Positions 1 to 12,854 of a DNA stretch of 51,398 bases are shown here, in pieces. A model generated the notes under the pieces. The model did not search any database, was not told where the DNA came from, and saw only the letters and a program-made list of their open reading frames with translations. The stretch lies in NCBI GenBank assembly GCA_044347345.1, contig JBIKUX010000019.1, positions 1 to 51,398 on the forward strand, read 5' to 3'. A program made the translations under genes and the position numbers. Each line of letters opens with the position of its first letter. The stretch's first letter is position 1. This stretch comes from Bdellovibrionota bacterium (GTDB lineage: Bacteria > Bdellovibrionota_C > UBA2361 > JBIKUX01).

Positions 1-116
1 AACCACACGGCTCGCTGGGGGTACCCCCAGCGGTGTTTGCTTCGCAGCTCAGAAAGGAGTTAAAAGATAACAACCGGACTATGCTTCAGACCGTAGCGAA
101 GAAGGGGGGCTGATCA
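1..116. mobile_element. Probable terminus of an insertion sequence (IS3-like terminal inverted repeat) running off the window edge
   Basis: GC-rich segment unlike its AT-rich surroundings. The minus strand from 116 reads TGATCAGCCCCCCTTC, resembling the TG-start, C-run IRs of IS3-family elements. It contains a perfect 20-bp palindrome at 13-32 and coincides with loss of homology of the adjacent gene. No transposase is visible. Confidence 0.45.
13..32. repeat. Perfect 20-bp palindrome CGCTGGGGGTACCCCCAGCG
   Basis: Read directly; the sequence is its own reverse complement. Confidence 0.95.
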
Positions 117-534
117 TCACCACATCGCTAAGCAAAAAAGGATAAAGACTACCCAAAAAAATGGTAGGTGGAATAAATAGAATGCTGACGCCAATAATAA
201 TAATTTTTGGCGTAATACCTCCTTCAGCTTTATTAATAAAGCTGAAGATGGGTGATGCAGCTATCGGTATTACAGATACAAAGATGGCGGAAAGAATTGA
301 GCACAAATCAAACCATCTGGACGAATAGCCACTGATACTTGCATAACCACCGAGCCAAGCTCCTAAACTGAGTCCTCCCAGAATACTTGCAAGTAAAGCT
401 GCCCAGACAACGATGGAACTTCCAATAAATGGGGCTACTAATCTACTTCCAGTTAGCTCTACTACAAGCACCGAAGCACCAAATACAAAGGCGAGTAAAA
501 ATGGGCGAAGTAAACGAAAAGCTAATACCATCAA
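79..534 (-). pseudogene. N-terminal membrane part of a fused MFS/spermidine synthase-like protein, 3'-truncated
   Basis: GASVLVVELTGSRLVAPFIGSSIVVW...GLSLGAWLGG...PPTIFLG is the typical N-terminus of this family. The remaining helices and the SAM-binding domain are absent, and the ORF ends inside the GC-rich element. Confidence 0.7.
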
Positions 535-803
535 GATGACATTTGACCGAGAAGTTCTTTATATTTTAACTTAAGTTTTTTAAGTTCAGTAATTTTATCT
601 GACTCAGCCCAAGTAGAAACACCGCGAGCGACAAGCGTCGCTATCTCTGAATCTAACCGCTTATGCTCTCTATAAAAACGGTTAAAAAAGTATGATGTAG
701 TGTTTGGTACTAATTTAGAGGATCTTGGTACCGAGGAATTTAATGCCGAATCTAACGATAATGACTTGGACGAGCTTTGAATTTTTTTTGGTTTCATACT
801 CAC
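531..803 (-). CDS. YdcH/DUF465-family small coiled-coil protein
   Basis: EHKRLDSEIATL...ITELKKLKLKYKE matches the DUF465 pattern H..LD..I...LKK.KL..K. Overlaps the next gene by 4 bp. Confidence 0.75.
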   Translation of the reverse strand: MSMKPKKIQSSSKSLSLDSALNSSVPRSSKLVPNTTSYFFNRFYREHKRLDSEIATLVARGVSTWAESDKITELKKLKLKYKELLGQMSS

Positions 804-938
804 TCCGTTAAACGACTTTTTTAGTGAATCAAGGCTAACTCAAGAATCAATAAACAACCAAGAAAAAAATGTTTAGTTAACTCAAAAAAAACTTAGTTTT
901 AATAGCTTATAGTTGCCAACTATCCTTTTTGAAATTTT

Positions 939-1862
939 TTAGTCCCCGCTAGCGCCGTCACCCCCGCCACTTGAATCTCCACTGCCCGATCCATCAGGAG
1001 AGTCGTTACTAAGATGAAGCGAGTAGTTATTTTGAGAAACAGACGCATCCAACGCTGCTTTAGAGGGTGCTATCATACAGCTTACGTTATCAATAAAATA
1101 CTGCTCTATTACTCGAGATTCCTGATACGACAAAGCCGGAAAATCTAAATGTTGAAATCGCTTAGGCCCATCAGGTCTTGAACCTGATGCCATATACATT
1201 CGTACTGTGTACAATCCAAAAAGAAACTCAAGTAAACTTCTCCTTACTGAGAAGACGCAAACCGGAAAAATTATGCGAGTATCAATTCTACGCATAAATA
1301 CTCCTGATTCATTTACTAGACGAAAGCCAACTACTTTTAATTTATAAGTCTTGTAATACTGAGCCCAGTACCACCAAGCGATTAATGGTGAAAAAAGTAG
1401 AATTACAAAGATCGCTTTAATAAGATTTGGATTGCCCCTAAAAAATGACAGTAATGAACCAACCGGAAGAATCTTTAGCCAATCACGTTCATCTGTTAAA
1501 CTAAGTGCGCTTACAGTTCTTGTTGAGAAAAAAGTTTGTATCTCGCTAAAGTTCACAATCCCAAAAAACGCTACGAAAGCTGTGAATATCCACGGTATTA
1601 TTTTAAATAATATCAAAAGTGGCGAAATTCGTACTTGGTCAGAAATTGTAAAATTAAGTCCGTGTTTACAAACAGGGAATGTTATAACGTGCTGCCTCTT
1701 ATGACTACTACCACGTGCAATTGAAGGAGCTAGCTCTTTAGCTGTAGGAATTTCTCCTATCGCTACGCTCTTAGACGATTTTTTCAGTTTTCTTTTCTTC
1801 AGCGTAGCTGGTAAGTGATTCTTCGGTAATCTTTGCTTCATAACCCTTAAGTGAGACCCCAA
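939..1862 (-). CDS. Membrane protein with bacterial PH (bPH_2/YdbS-like) domain; start uncertain
   Basis: Two TM segments followed by YKL...L...SGVF.R and S.LE.LFGLYTV.M motifs. Basic N-terminus and a Gly/Ser/Asp tail. Confidence 0.6.
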   Translation of the reverse strand: MGSHLRVMKQRLPKNHLPATLKKRKLKKSSKSVAIGEIPTAKELAPSIARGSSHKRQHVITFPVCKHGLNFTISDQVRISPLLILFKIIPWIFTAFVAFFGIVNFSEIQTFFSTRTVSALSLTDERDWLKILPVGSLLSFFRGNPNLIKAIFVILLFSPLIAWWYWAQYYKTYKLKVVGFRLVNESGVFMRRIDTRIIFPVCVFSVRRSLLEFLFGLYTVRMYMASGSRPDGPKRFQHLDFPALSYQESRVIEQYFIDNVSCMIAPSKAALDASVSQNNYSLHLSNDSPDGSGSGDSSGGGDGASGD

Positions 1863-1997
1863 GGAGAATTTAAACTTGCAATAAGTAATTAATGCTATGC
1901 TTGTACTTTACAAATTTGTGCTTACGACAATCCTTTCAAATAAAAATTTATTAAAGTTTAAGGACTAATACGAATAAAAGTAATACTGTACGCGGGT

Positions 1998-2690
1998 ATG
2001 ACAAAAAAACGGTCGTTTATAAAAGAACATTCTGAAACCACCTTACCCAATAAGGCGAGCGAAGTACGACCCATTTCTTCGAATAAAATTGTAAACGACA
2101 ATGCATTAATTTCGCGAGACAAAGATAGTCACCTCGCAATTATCGATACAAGTGGCAATTTCACTCACGGTCAAACCCAACAAATAAATAATTTACTGAA
2201 AGTTTCCATCCTTTTTCCGTTGTTTAAGGTTTGGAAACTGTTAGCAATTCTAACTATTGTTACAGCTAATGTATTTTTAATTTGGGGCATTGAAGCTATT
2301 TTTAATCCAAATAATACCTTAGAAGTCTGGTTAGGCATTTTTCTAAGATTTAGTTGGCTAACTGCATTTACACTTCTGGCATACTGGGAGCTTTATCGTC
2401 AGTCTATTAGCGGTGAAATTCATGAGTTCCGTCTTAACATCAAACGCGGAGTTTTCCTCCATAAGGAAGCATCAGTTCATCTCTTACCCCACACTACCTT
2501 TTACATGAAGCAAGAGTCTTTTTTTGAGTTGTTTTTTAATTTATGCACGTTAAATCTAGCGGTTGTTACTACTCCAGAGACGGAAATAGTAACTATTCCT
2601 GGACTACCTGTACCGCTTGCTGAACAGTTAAAGGCTTATCTTGGTAGTCAGATTGACCGTCAACTTAGGATTAGACAACCAGCAAATTAA
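1998..2690 (+). CDS. Membrane protein with bPH_2-like domain
   Basis: Two TM helices, then RLNIKRGVFLHKE...QESFFELFFNLCTL...IPGLP...AEQLK. Confidence 0.65.
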   Translation: MTKKRSFIKEHSETTLPNKASEVRPISSNKIVNDNALISRDKDSHLAIIDTSGNFTHGQTQQINNLLKVSILFPLFKVWKLLAILTIVTANVFLIWGIEAIFNPNNTLEVWLGIFLRFSWLTAFTLLAYWELYRQSISGEIHEFRLNIKRGVFLHKEASVHLLPHTTFYMKQESFFELFFNLCTLNLAVVTTPETEIVTIPGLPVPLAEQLKAYLGSQIDRQLRIRQPAN

Positions 2691-2714
2691 TTACGCTAAT
2701 ATCGGAGCCTCTCT

Positions 2715-3695
2715 GTGAATAGCACAAGTAAACAACTTCCTCTCACTAGTAGTAATTTAAAAGCCCAGCAAAAAGTTACTCTTCGCGAAAAGTCAGTACC
2801 AGGATCAGAGTCTCGGCATTTAGATTGGTTCACCGTTCACGACCTAACAGACCTTGTTCGAATATCTCCTCTTTGGCTTTTAGAGCGCATGTATCCTTGG
2901 CTTTTTTTAGGAATAGTTATAGCTACAGTAGTTGCCGTACGTGTCTGGTTATACGGTAATGCTGAAAAAACTCCAATATCACTCACTTATGAGGTTGCTT
3001 TTACTCGTATTTATTGGCTTGGCATGCTGCTTAGAGTTTTTATTCTTGACTGGTGGCGTAAAACTCTTTCCGTAAAAATCGATGGATTTATGCTTAGAAC
3101 AGAGGAAGGTGTGATTTGGCGCACGCGTACCTCCTTTGCCTTTACGGGCTTTATGACCATAATGTTGCGACAATCAGCGTTTCAGGTACTTTTTCGTAAA
3201 TACACAGTAAGCATATTCACTGTTAATTTGCCCAGTGAGGGTCTCTCTTCATTTCCATGTATGACAAAAAAAAACGCATACCGGCTTAAAGCATACCTTA
3301 CAGCACAGTTAAATCGCACAGCGAATTTATCATCTGAGGCTATTGCAATGGAAACCGAGAGAAAACGTAAGGCAGATACACTTTTGGAAGTAGCAAAAAA
3401 CGCATCTGCCTCAAAGTCCTCGCAATCTGCTAGTAACACCGTCAGAGTTCGTCCATCCTCATCAACCTCATCCACTTCTCCCTCTTCCTCTAAAAAAAGG
3501 GCACCGACTAGGATGACATCACTAACTAAACCTATAAAAAAAATGGTTGTAAATAACAAACTAGCAGGAGCACATTCACTAAAAATTATACAAGATGCAC
3601 CCGTCGAGCAAAATCACTTGAGTGAAGAGGATCAACAAAAGGCAAAAACTCAGATAAATTCGGATAAAATTCCAAAAACTGCTCAGGAGTCATAA
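2715..3695 (+). CDS. Membrane protein with bPH_2-like domain and a long Ser/Lys-rich tail
   Basis: Two TM helices, then EEGVIWRTR...RQSAFQVLF..YTV. Shares VRISPL with the 939-1862 ORF. GGAG RBS before the GTG start. Confidence 0.6.
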   Translation: MNSTSKQLPLTSSNLKAQQKVTLREKSVPGSESRHLDWFTVHDLTDLVRISPLWLLERMYPWLFLGIVIATVVAVRVWLYGNAEKTPISLTYEVAFTRIYWLGMLLRVFILDWWRKTLSVKIDGFMLRTEEGVIWRTRTSFAFTGFMTIMLRQSAFQVLFRKYTVSIFTVNLPSEGLSSFPCMTKKNAYRLKAYLTAQLNRTANLSSEAIAMETERKRKADTLLEVAKNASASKSSQSASNTVRVRPSSSTSSTSPSSSKKRAPTRMTSLTKPIKKMVVNNKLAGAHSLKIIQDAPVEQNHLSEEDQQKAKTQINSDKIPKTAQES

Positions 3696-4962
3696 GAGCG
3701 TCTTTTGCTGGATACATACGACCTCCGCCATCACATACTATAGTGGCTAATCGTAAAAATAATTCTTCAGTAGGTCGCCCGCGAAAGGGAAAATCCAAAG
3801 CAAGAGTAACTCCAGGCTTCGGAAAAGATAACATTCCAGGAGAAACTAAGCTCCCAAACTCCTTGAGCACCGCAAGAAGAGAACCAGCCTGAGATTTCAC
3901 CACTTCACGAAGAACTTCTCGAATAACTTCTCTCGATGAAACACACTGAAACTGCAAAAATCCACGCTTACCGTAAAGTCGATTCCAATGACCAACAGCA
4001 TCGAGAGGAAAGAAAAAGGGATCATAGTGTATTAAAGAGTTTCTAACCTTCGCCTTTTGTTTATGATAATAAACGGAATTAAATAATCTCATTGTAAGAG
4101 GAGACAAAACCCACTCAGGAGCCACAATCGGCACAGATAAAATTGAATCTCTATGAGTTTTGAGCATTCTAAAATTAGTCGCACTTCTCCTGGCTACCAT
4201 TTCCGCTTTAGAGCCATCGCCAATCGAAGTATCGCCAGCTAAGTCAAGATTGGCGTCATACCTTCTGGTGTTTCCTGCCATAAAAATACCTCGGCCTTCT
4301 TCACCGCCCGAGATACAATCAATCCAAGCAACAGTATACTCATGGTCTCTCGATAATCGGTCTGATACCTCAAAAAACTCAGCAAGGGAGGTAAATTTCT
4401 CTGAAATTTGATCTATATATGCGGTAGTAATTGGTTTTAAAGTTATTTCTGCACTAAGAATTGTACCTGTTAGTCCTAACCCACCTATAGTAGCACAAAA
4501 GAACCCCTTGTTTTCAGTTTGAGAGCAGCGCAAAACGGTTCCATCAGACCTCCGTAAAAGAAGCGAGCTGACATGACACCCAAAGGTGCCACCAACATGG
4601 TGATTTTTTCCATGTACATCATTGGCGATTGCTCCCCCAACTGTAATAAACTTCGTGCCCGGCACAACCGGTAAAAACCATCCTCTAGGCACAAAAAATC
4701 GGAGTATCTGATCTAGAGATACTCCCGCTTCACACTCTACGACACCAGTATTTGGATTAAAATTAAGAAATCTATTAACTGAATTCATTGTAATCGCTAC
4801 ACCATCTGTGTTGATACAAGAATCACCGTAACTTCTTCGTAAACCCACGGGGAGAATTGACTCTATTTTTGTTTGCTCAACAGCCGTAGAAATCTCATTC
4901 TGCCAATTTACTATCTTATATTGCTGTGCAACTCTCGGGTATCCACCCCATGATGCCCACAT
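3586..4962 (-). CDS. FAD-linked oxidoreductase, DprE1 (decaprenylphosphoryl-ribose 2'-oxidase) family
   Basis: RSYGD, PVVPGTKFITVGGAIANDVHGKNHH..GTFG, FFPLD...WNRLYGKRGFLQFQ, TLALDFP, GGRMYPAKD. Confidence 0.9.
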   Translation of the reverse strand: MWASWGGYPRVAQQYKIVNWQNEISTAVEQTKIESILPVGLRRSYGDSCINTDGVAITMNSVNRFLNFNPNTGVVECEAGVSLDQILRFFVPRGWFLPVVPGTKFITVGGAIANDVHGKNHHVGGTFGCHVSSLLLRRSDGTVLRCSQTENKGFFCATIGGLGLTGTILSAEITLKPITTAYIDQISEKFTSLAEFFEVSDRLSRDHEYTVAWIDCISGGEEGRGIFMAGNTRRYDANLDLAGDTSIGDGSKAEMVARRSATNFRMLKTHRDSILSVPIVAPEWVLSPLTMRLFNSVYYHKQKAKVRNSLIHYDPFFFPLDAVGHWNRLYGKRGFLQFQCVSSREVIREVLREVVKSQAGSLLAVLKEFGSLVSPGMLSFPKPGVTLALDFPFRGRPTEELFLRLATIVCDGGGRMYPAKDALMTPEQFLEFYPNLSEFLPFVDPLHSSDFARRVHLV

Positions 4963-5109
4963 AATTACCCCTCTTGCCTGACACCAGTGATTATACAGTA
5001 TCTATCTAGCCTACTGGAGGCTGTTGTCGCATACTAACGCGAGTGGGCTGATAGTGCATCTTTTTTGTGATAACATCAGCAACTTACTTAAAACTAATAC
5101 TAGCTCTTT

Positions 5110-6111
5110 ATGATAAACAGTGGTTCGTCCTCAACTTCAGATAATTTCCTTGAGGAACTGACAAGAGTTGCCGGTATGGCCGAGGTTGAAGCTCTTGTAA
5201 GATCAAAATTTATCTCTGAAACGCCTGTGATGACGCAAATACCGAGTTATTTGTTAGGTCTTGGGGGCAAAAGATTAAGACCGATTCTTACCTTAAGATG
5301 CGGTCAGCTTTTTTCCTCGGCTCCTCCGTCTGAGGCTTTAATAACAATTGCAGCTGGCATTGAACTTATCCATATGGCTACGCTTCTCCATGATGACATT
5401 GTTGATAACTCTGATGTTAGAAGACAACAACCTTCCCCTCTAGCTAAATTTGGAATGGCCGAGACTTTAATTGCCGGTGACTTTCTCCTTACTCGCGCAT
5501 TTAGTCTTTGTAGTCGATTAGATAGAGTTATTATTGATGCCACCGAATCAGCCTGTATTTCCCTTACTGAGGGAGAAACTGAAGAATTTTCAATTCCTCT
5601 ATCCGCTCACAATGAAGCCTCTACGATCCGTATCGCTAGAAAAAAAACCGCTGCGCTATTTCGGCTCGGTGCTTTTAGTGCTGCATTCCTTGCGGGCGTT
5701 TCACGAGAGAATCAAGAACATCTGGCATGTTTTGGTGAATCCTTAGGCATAGCCTTCCAAATCCTTGACGATATCCTGGATATAACCGGCGACCAAGCTG
5801 TATTTGGCAAAAAAACTGGCACAGACATTCGTGAAAGAAAGCCTTCGCTTATCAACGTGCTGTGGCTAGCCTCAGGCGATAAATTAGCGAGCCAAACCTT
5901 GCTCGGATCTATCCCTTCAGACTCGGCGATACAAGAGGCTATTTACCATCTAAAAGACTCCCAAGTGATGATTAAAGCTAGGGAAATAGCTACTCAATAC
6001 GGTGAAAAAGCAAGTCAAGCTTTAGCCTCTATTAATCAAATAAATACTAATCTCGAAGTAAGAACTAGCTTAAATAATCTCATTTCTTTCACTCTTGCCA
6101 GACTTCGATAA
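5110..6111 (+). CDS. ispB: Trans-polyprenyl diphosphate synthase (IspB/HepT type)
   Basis: GGKRLRP, first Asp-rich motif LLHDDIVD, KKTA, second Asp-rich motif FQILDDILD. Confidence 0.85.
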   Translation: MINSGSSSTSDNFLEELTRVAGMAEVEALVRSKFISETPVMTQIPSYLLGLGGKRLRPILTLRCGQLFSSAPPSEALITIAAGIELIHMATLLHDDIVDNSDVRRQQPSPLAKFGMAETLIAGDFLLTRAFSLCSRLDRVIIDATESACISLTEGETEEFSIPLSAHNEASTIRIARKKTAALFRLGAFSAAFLAGVSRENQEHLACFGESLGIAFQILDDILDITGDQAVFGKKTGTDIRERKPSLINVLWLASGDKLASQTLLGSIPSDSAIQEAIYHLKDSQVMIKAREIATQYGEKASQALASINQINTNLEVRTSLNNLISFTLARLR

Positions 6112-6281
6112 AGAATTTGCAATTGTTTGTTACATGTTTTTTATATTTGTCAATAACCTTTGCATCCTACGAGGGGAACTAAGAAAGGTAGTTGTTATCA
6201 TCGGTAAGATAGAGAGAGAGGTTACTAGTCGTTAATTTCGTTTACCTAGCAGTTTCGTTTGACTACTAAGTATCAAGAAAG

Positions 6282-6437
6282 TTGTTAGGCATCACAGAAT
6301 ATAATTCTGTGCAATAACAAAATTTGCGCACAGTCTTTTTGTTGTCGGTTTTTCTTGCACAACAAATGCCTTTTATCTCGTAGACCAAAAAGTTCCATTT
6401 TAAAATAGTTAGGTTTTTAGCCACATAAGCTAAAAAC
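6282..6437. promoter_or_regulatory. Cluster of three inverted repeats upstream of the 6461 gene
   Basis: CACAGAAT/ATTCTGTG (6293-6311), TTTGTTGT/ACAACAAA (6338-6366), GTTTTTAGC/GCTAAAAAC (6413-6437). Confidence 0.45.
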
Positions 6438-6460
6438 ATCAATTTTATAAGTACACTTCT

Positions 6461-6766
6461 ATGAGTTCTTCCAGCGATTCTTGTTCATCTAGTCGGTTGC
6501 CACAAATGGATAAAGGTGTCTATGGAGGTGGAAGTTATAATCCTTTGAGTGAATTGATGAGGGCAATAATTCTCAGGGTAATTGATGATTTAAAAACTGA
6601 CGGTGAGGTTAGAGAGGAAGCTGAATCTTACCTTTTAAATGAAGATGATGAGTATGTTTTTTCCTTTAAATCAATTTGTCGTCACTTTGATCTTGACCCT
6701 GCCAAAACCAGAGATCACATTTTAGAGCCTCGCCACAAAATCAGGACGCGACGAAGGGCTTCATGA
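6461..6766 (+). CDS. Small helical hypothetical protein
   Basis: LMRAII.R.IDD...EAE.YL...YVFSF.SIC.HFDLDP resembles a recurring uncharacterised small-protein pattern; basic C-terminus. Confidence 0.7.
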   Translation: MSSSSDSCSSSRLPQMDKGVYGGGSYNPLSELMRAIILRVIDDLKTDGEVREEAESYLLNEDDEYVFSFKSICRHFDLDPAKTRDHILEPRHKIRTRRRAS

Positions 6767-6781
6767 AAATAAAAGAAATGC

Positions 6782-7312
6782 TTAGTTCTGTAGCCCTTGG
6801 ACACTATCGAAGCCAGTGTCTTCTACCCCAGCTACCAAACAGAGAATGCGAGCAACTCTTGCGTCAATTTTAGTCAAAGGATGACGAATTGGCGGATTAT
6901 TTCTAATTAAAGCTCCCGTTTGATCTACACCAAAGTGTCTACACAGTTCTAAAATGCGCTCCTCTATTGCTCGTCCATAACAATTTTGCGTGGCAACTAA
7001 AAGTGGTGGTCCAGCAAGAATCCCCCTTGTTATCGCCATGTTAATTAATTTAACTATCACTGGCATAGCGTTACTTTCATATCTGGGAGCTACCCACTCA
7101 GTACCTTGCTGAATGGCAGCAAATGCTCTTCGAGTTTCATCTGAGTCCCTAATGTTGCTAAAACTTTCTTTATAACCATTCCACTTATCGCTTATTTTTG
7201 GCCGAGATAAATCTTCAGTTAAAAATAAGATTCTAAGCTCCTGACTTCCCTCATTTTTAGAACTAATCTTATTATCTTCATCTTCAAAAAAAACTGTTGT
7301 CACAACTACCAC
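6782..7312 (-). CDS. Hypothetical protein
   Basis: 176-aa ORF filling the gap between neighbours; no motif recognised. Confidence 0.55.
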   Translation of the reverse strand: MVVVTTVFFEDEDNKISSKNEGSQELRILFLTEDLSRPKISDKWNGYKESFSNIRDSDETRRAFAAIQQGTEWVAPRYESNAMPVIVKLINMAITRGILAGPPLLVATQNCYGRAIEERILELCRHFGVDQTGALIRNNPPIRHPLTKIDARVARILCLVAGVEDTGFDSVQGLQN

Positions 7313-7442
7313 CTATTTGTCCACTTAACTTTTACCGCATCACACCCAAAAAACTAATTTTTCTTCTCTGGCTATTTAACATGATAGGGAGTGGATTAAA
7401 CCTGATTTCCCTATAAGAAAACCTGTGAAAAACAACTAGGAA

Positions 7443-7469
7443 ATATCGGGAAACTTAAGATACCCTTAA
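7443..7469 (-). promoter_or_regulatory. Candidate sigma28-type promoter
   Basis: Minus strand TTAAGGGT-N11-CCCGATAT versus consensus TAAAGTTT-N11-GCCGATAA, about 130 bp upstream of the 6782-7312 gene. Confidence 0.4.
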
Positions 7470-7559
7470 TCAATTAGTTTTCTTAAATTAATTAGTCGGT
7501 ACCGTTGCGCTATAACTGTTGTAATGGTAGGCAAAAAATTAATTTTTTTTATAAATTTA

Positions 7560-8564
7560 CTATTCACCATCGCGCAACTTGATATACAAGTCAGAAAGAC
7601 CCAGTACTGGGTCTAAATTACGAAGTCCATACGTCGACGATGGAGGGTTAGTGTCAGTAAATTGGTAGATATAAATGCGCTCAATTGAAGGCATCCTTTG
7701 TCTGAGAAACGGCCAAACTTCTTCTCCATATTTTAGCTGTTCGTTAATCCCTTGTGCGCCAGACTCGGTGACCCAAACTGGTTTCCTGAGACCATTGATA
7801 AAGTCAATTACCCCGCCTTTACGTAAGAACCTTTCCTTTTGTCTTCCGTATATATGGACTCCCCAAATATCGACTAACGAAGTTGCGCCGTAATCTCTCA
7901 TTGCTTTGTTGTAGTCTAATGACGAGGGAAAATTTTGATTAAGCGCAGTCGTAGCCCCACTAACCAAAAGAATCCTAGGCGATATTTCATCAATTGCATT
8001 CTTAGCTAAAGCTAAAAGCTCTACATAACTTTCTGGGTCAGTGGCAACGGCTAAGGTATTATTATCGGTTTCAGATAGCATGTTTGGTTCATTCCATACT
8101 TGGATAGCTGTCACACGTCTATTGTTTCCGTATCTATGCAAAACTGGTCGAACCCACTTTTCAATAAAAGTTAATCGAGGGTTATTATCAATCCAATTGG
8201 TTGAATCCTTCATCCAATCTGGCAATCCGGTAATTATCAAAAGAACTTCAATCTCATCCGGCACTGCTCTAAGTATACTGTCATAAAATCCCCAAAATGG
8301 TTCGCTATTTGGAGAATTTTGCACCGCAGAATTCCAAGCAATTAACACTCTCACTTTTTGTAAGCGTAAATTGGTTTTTATTTCGTCAAACTGCTCATCA
8401 GCCGAACCGAATCTTGTATCGTTAATAAAAGCATTAATGCCAAGATAGCGCCTATCTATTGCAGATCTATCAAATCCTTGAGCTACATCAATCGCATCTT
8501 TAATCTCCGAAGATTTACATCCTGAAAAAATAAATAGAAAAATTAATGTTACTAAATAATTCAT
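7560..8564 (-). CDS. Clan GH-A glycoside hydrolase (GH5/GH39-like) lipoprotein
   Basis: Lipobox-like FSGC at residue 16; acid/base motif WNEPN; GVHIY; nucleophile motif VWVTESG. Confidence 0.8.
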   Translation of the reverse strand: MNYLVTLIFLFIFSGCKSSEIKDAIDVAQGFDRSAIDRRYLGINAFINDTRFGSADEQFDEIKTNLRLQKVRVLIAWNSAVQNSPNSEPFWGFYDSILRAVPDEIEVLLIITGLPDWMKDSTNWIDNNPRLTFIEKWVRPVLHRYGNNRRVTAIQVWNEPNMLSETDNNTLAVATDPESYVELLALAKNAIDEISPRILLVSGATTALNQNFPSSLDYNKAMRDYGATSLVDIWGVHIYGRQKERFLRKGGVIDFINGLRKPVWVTESGAQGINEQLKYGEEVWPFLRQRMPSIERIYIYQFTDTNPPSSTYGLRNLDPVLGLSDLYIKLRDGE

Positions 8565-8663
8565 AAAAAAGTCGCAGAAGTGTAGTTGCAGAAGTAGGTA
8601 AGAATAATTTTAAAAAATTTTTGCATCCTTTCTTTCTATCAAACTAAAAACAATTAGTTCTAG

Positions 8664-11810
<3,147 letters not shown>

Positions 11811-11813
11811 TAC

Positions 11814-12800
11814 CTACCTTATCTCGTTTCTAATTGTATGATTGTACTCTCTTGCTTCACCCTTACAGTATCCTAGATAGGAAAGGTAAGAATTTAAACC
11901 TTCTTGCCAAGGTAAAGGAGTAATACCAAAGTGTTCTTGTAAAAGCGCAGTATCTAATACTGAAAACAAAGGTCTCTTAGCAGCCGCATTAAATTGAGCA
12001 GCGCTGATTGGTCTAATATTACATTGCAAACTTGTACCATGCGCTACATCCGATTCATGATTTTTTTGCTCTCCTAAAATACAACCACTTTGCTTTAAGA
12101 TATATTGGGAGAAATTAAACCAATTAGTTTGTCCTGAACAACAAGCATGAATCGTAGCAACTGGAAAAGCATGATATTTGGCAAAATAGTCCCCGATCTC
12201 GAGTAAAGTTGGCGCCAACCAACCAGTCCAGGTTGGACTCATCCATTGGTCATTAACCACATCAATTGTTGGACGAGAAGAAAAAAGCTTAAGCATAGTT
12301 AGTACAAAATTTGGACCATTCTGTCCAAAAACTGCCGAAGTACGCACCGTAATACCTAGACTCCCCATGATAGCCCGTACTGCCTCCTCACCCTGTAATT
12401 TTGAGGCACCATAAACAGATAAAGGATTTGTGGGACTCTCTTCAGTCAGCCTTTTATGTCCGTCTCCGGCAAACACATAATCTGTAGAAAGATGAATAAA
12501 GCCGATGTCTCTTGCTATACAAGCCTGAGCTAACAATTCTGGTCCTTTAGCGTTTACCAAATAGGCAAGAGAACTCTCAGTCTCTGCTCGGTCAACAGCG
12601 GTAAAAGCTGCGCAGTTAATCACTAATTGAGGCTTTATACGATCAAGAACAGATACAATTTGACTGTATTCTGTGATATTACACTCACTGCTTTTAAGAG
12701 TAATCAACCTAGTTTTTTTTAAATTACCTAATTCAGAACCTACCTGACCGCCTCCTCCAAAAACTACTATTGAACCCTTTGCGGCTTGATTTATATCCAT
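11814..12800 (-). CDS. rmlD: dTDP-4-dehydrorhamnose reductase
   Basis: GGGGQVG, NCAAFTAVDRAE, STDYVF, YGASK, VNDQ..SPT. Confidence 0.93.
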   Translation of the reverse strand: MDINQAAKGSIVVFGGGGQVGSELGNLKKTRLITLKSSECNITEYSQIVSVLDRIKPQLVINCAAFTAVDRAETESSLAYLVNAKGPELLAQACIARDIGFIHLSTDYVFAGDGHKRLTEESPTNPLSVYGASKLQGEEAVRAIMGSLGITVRTSAVFGQNGPNFVLTMLKLFSSRPTIDVVNDQWMSPTWTGWLAPTLLEIGDYFAKYHAFPVATIHACCSGQTNWFNFSQYILKQSGCILGEQKNHESDVAHGTSLQCNIRPISAAQFNAAAKRPLFSVLDTALLQEHFGITPLPWQEGLNSYLSYLGYCKGEAREYNHTIRNEIR

Positions 12801-12854
12801 GCTGAGCCATCTATCAAACTAGCTTTCCTGTAAGGAACTTATATGTCCCAGAAC

